50,701 bases of DNA from Octopus sinensis. Taxonomy: Eukaryota. Made by a program: the position numbers and the translations under genes. Location of the stretch: positions 1-50,701 of the forward strand of contig NW_021832351.1 in assembly GCF_006345805.1 (NCBI RefSeq), in the 5' to 3' direction. A model generated the notes under the pieces. The model was not told the origin of the DNA, made no database searches, and saw nothing but the letters and a program-made list of their open reading frames with translations. Positions 47,760 through 50,701 of this stretch are shown in pieces (the first letter of the stretch is position 1; every line of letters begins with the position of its first letter).

Positions 47760-48432
47760 TTGTCGCAAAAAGAAAAACAAGTCTTAGCTGCGCAGGATAT
47801 CTTTGATTGTGTCGAGGAAGAAGAAAACATTTTGAAAACGGTCAAAACAGGAGATGAATCGTGGGTCGATGGCTATATCGCCGGAACCAGTATTCACAGC
47901 AGAAAAGATTTCATGATTTAAGGCAACCCAATGCCACAAGAGAGCTGCACCCTATTCTAAAATAAAAACGGAGTTCCAGGAATGCTTCCGTTGATGGACA
48001 CAACGCTGGATTACGTTTGGGGGTTTCAGACAGGGGTCTCCATCGAAGGGGACCAAATGCAGAATTGACGTGTTGTATTTTTTTTTGTAGCACCAACCCT
48101 AACACTTGTTGATCAGATCTCGTACATTTTTAGACTGCAGTTTGTCTACAGTTTCACTAATTTTAGCATCACTGAAAGAGGATAAAAAACTAATAATAAT
48201 TAAAGCTTTTTTTTTATTGTTAATCTGTTTATTTAGGCAGCATTTTAATTTAAATATTTACAAGACATGTTTGTTTATGATGGAGTGCAGTAGAAAAGAA
48301 AATATTCTATAAGAAGCGAATGTTCTGCACGTCGGCATCAAGTGGACAAAGTTCTCTTTGAAATGAATTAACTTCTGAAATAAACAGAAATAAAGCGCAT
48401 GACCATAGCATTTGTTAATCTGAATAAATAGA
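47760..48432 (+). repeat. Copy 1 of a ~680-bp direct duplication (mariner remnant + flank)
   Basis: Homologous to 49250-49924; mariner TIR (rc) TTGATCAGATCTCGTA ends at 48124. Confidence 0.9.
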
Positions 48433-48433
48433 C

Positions 48434-48488
<55 letters not shown>

Positions 48489-48493
48489 TAATA

Positions 48494-48566
<73 letters not shown>

Positions 48567-49249
48567 CAGACACCACGTGTTTCTGTGTTTGTCAGTTACA
48601 ATCGTTTGACAGCTAGTGTTGTGTTTACATCTCCGTTACTCAGCTGTTCAGCGGGGTGGGAGGGACCTGATAGAATAAATATCAGGCAAAGAAAAGATAA
48701 TTACTGGAGTTGATTGATTCGACTACAGATGCGTCCAGGCAGTTCTCCAGCCATAACTGAAACAAAAGATAAAAGATATTTTAGGAGAAAGGACCTTATC
48801 GACCTCTGTAAATGGATGGTGCCATTATTTTATCAAATACAATTAATGGATTGGCATTTGCTTTGGCTCTGTACGTTCTGAGTTCAAATCCCAGCAAAAT
48901 CAAACATGCCTTTCATTCTTTCAGGGTTGATAAAACACAGAGCCGATCACACAGTGGGGGCCAATGTAATCGGATAGCTCTTTCCGAAAGCTTTTAGTTT
49001 TGTGCTTTAACTAGCCACAATCGTTTTAGTAAAGTCAGGGTTGAATTTAACTACAAAAGGATTTCAACACCGAGCCTCAAGAAGCATAACTAAATATGAG
49101 TTCTGACCAAAAAGTATAAGTTCAGTTGTTATAGTGACGGAACTAAAGGCTGCTTAGCTCAGATTGACCTTGAACTGTCGCGCATGTGGACAAAGTTATA
49201 ATGGTCTCGCACATTTCTGATGTTTAATGCAGTACTTGGGTGTGGGTGT

Positions 49250-49924
49250 CTCAAAAAGAAGAACGGGTTTCAGATGCGCAGGATATCTTTGTGTCGAGGA
49301 AGAAGAAAGCATTTTGAAAATGGTCAAAATAGGGTATGAATCGTGGGTCTATGGCTAAATCCCCGGAACCAGTCTTTGCAGTAGAAGAGAAAATTTCATG
49401 ATTTAAGGCAATCCAAGAGAATGCGACAAGGCAGCTGCTCCTTGTCCTAAAATAAAAAAGGAGTTCCAGGAATGCTTCCGTTGATGGACACGACGCTGGA
49501 TAAAGTTTGTGGGTTCAGAAAGGGGTCACCATCGAAGGGGAACAAATGCAGAGTTGACATGTATTTTCTTTTTGTAGCACCAACCCCAACACTTGTTGAT
49601 CAGATCTCGTACATTTTTTGGCTGCATTTTGTCTATAGTTTCACTAATTTTAACATCCACTGAAAGAGGATAAAAAAAAACTGATAATAATTAAAGCTTT
49701 TTTTTTTATTGTTAATTTGTTTATCTAGGCAGCAATTTAATTTAAATATTTACAAGACATGTTTGTTTATGATGGAGTGCAGTAGAAAAGAAAATATTGT
49801 ATAAGAAGCGAATGTTCTGCACGTCGGCATCAAGTGGACAAAGTTCTCTTTCAAATGAATTAACCTCTGAAATAAACAGAAATAAACCGCATGACCATAG
49901 CATTTGTTAATCTGAATAAATAGG
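49250..49924 (+). repeat. Copy 2 of the ~680-bp direct duplication
   Basis: TIR ends at 49611, followed by the same ~300-bp flank. Confidence 0.9.
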
Positions 49925-50139
49925 CCCGTATATTGAATATACGTAAGAACTAAAAAGACGCTGTCAAAACACACATACATCATCCCCCACACATACGCGC
50001 GAACACACAAACATACACATACGCACACACTCGCGGCATTTCGTCCGTCTTGAAGTTCCGAGTTCAAATGACGCCGAGATCGACTTTGCCTTTCATTCTT
50101 TCAGAATTGTTTGAGCCGAGCAAAAAATAAAAAAAAACA

Positions 50140-50691
50140 GTGCAATAAGTGTACAACAACATGCAGTAAACGAATATGAAAAAAATGCGCGCTGGCGAAC
50201 GGGGTCAGAGAAAGGACTCGGAAAATTCACATTGGAAATGTTCTGAGTCCTCTCTTCACCACTTCCCCATCTGTCTGAGAAATTTTATTCTTCATATTCG
50301 TTTACTACACATTATTTCACACCTAGTACACGATTTTTTTTTCAGTTTTTGTGACGGGGGATGAGTGGGGTGCGGAGTCGGATAATTCACACGATCCAGT
50401 AACGCGGGTCAAACACTGGAGTTTAAAGGTCAAGGTCAGAATTTTCCGAGTCCTCTCCCCGCCCCCGCTCCTGTTCGCCGGCGCGCATTTTTTTCATATT
50501 CGTTTACTACATGTTGTTTTACACCTATTACACTGTTTTATCCCGCCCCCTTTTTGTGACTGGGTGTCGAAGATGGGTTATTGGATCGTGTGAATTATCC
50601 GAGTCCGCCACCCCGTCACAAAAATTGATGAAAAGATAGTGTACTAGGTGTGAGATAATGTGTAGGAAACGAATATGAAGAAAAAAATTTC
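50140..50691. repeat. Unclassified element with two interleaved inverted-repeat pairs
   Basis: A 50140-50228 / A' 50439-50533; B 50279-50403 / B' 50577-50691. Confidence 0.8.
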
Positions 50692-50701
50692 GCCGACGGA
50701 C

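Overview
Eukaryotic, AT-rich, microsatellite-saturated DNA. Its repeat repertoire (tRNA-derived SINEs with internal microsatellites, Penelope-like terminal repeats, Helitrons, mariner MITEs) is what I recognise from coleoid cephalopods, probably Octopus; this assignment is inference. No protein-coding gene can be called with confidence. Almost all supplied ORFs are microsatellite or repeat artefacts, and only a few weak candidate exons remain. Most of the window is mobile-element debris: four tRNA-headed SINE families (my labels A-D) with swapped tails, Penelope-like element (PLE) terminal repeats carrying minimal hammerhead-ribozyme (HHR) folds, non-autonomous Helitrons, mariner/Tc1 derivatives, one Gypsy 3' fragment and one tRNA-Glu-like gene. 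Most interesting signals: (1) a Gypsy LTR (11114-11435) containing five serial fossil 'LTR-end + tRNA-Trp primer-binding site' units; (2) an 8-unit head-to-tail SINE array inside one 21-bp TSD, whose fixed junction recurs at an independent locus; (3) a well-formed minimal hammerhead with a swapped G3:C8 core pair (27723-27772), plus permuted (type II-like) hammerhead candidates; (4) a family of 60-90 bp-arm palindromes whose arms co-vary within each copy. Coordinates were read by hand and may be off by a few bases. Identities are eye estimates.
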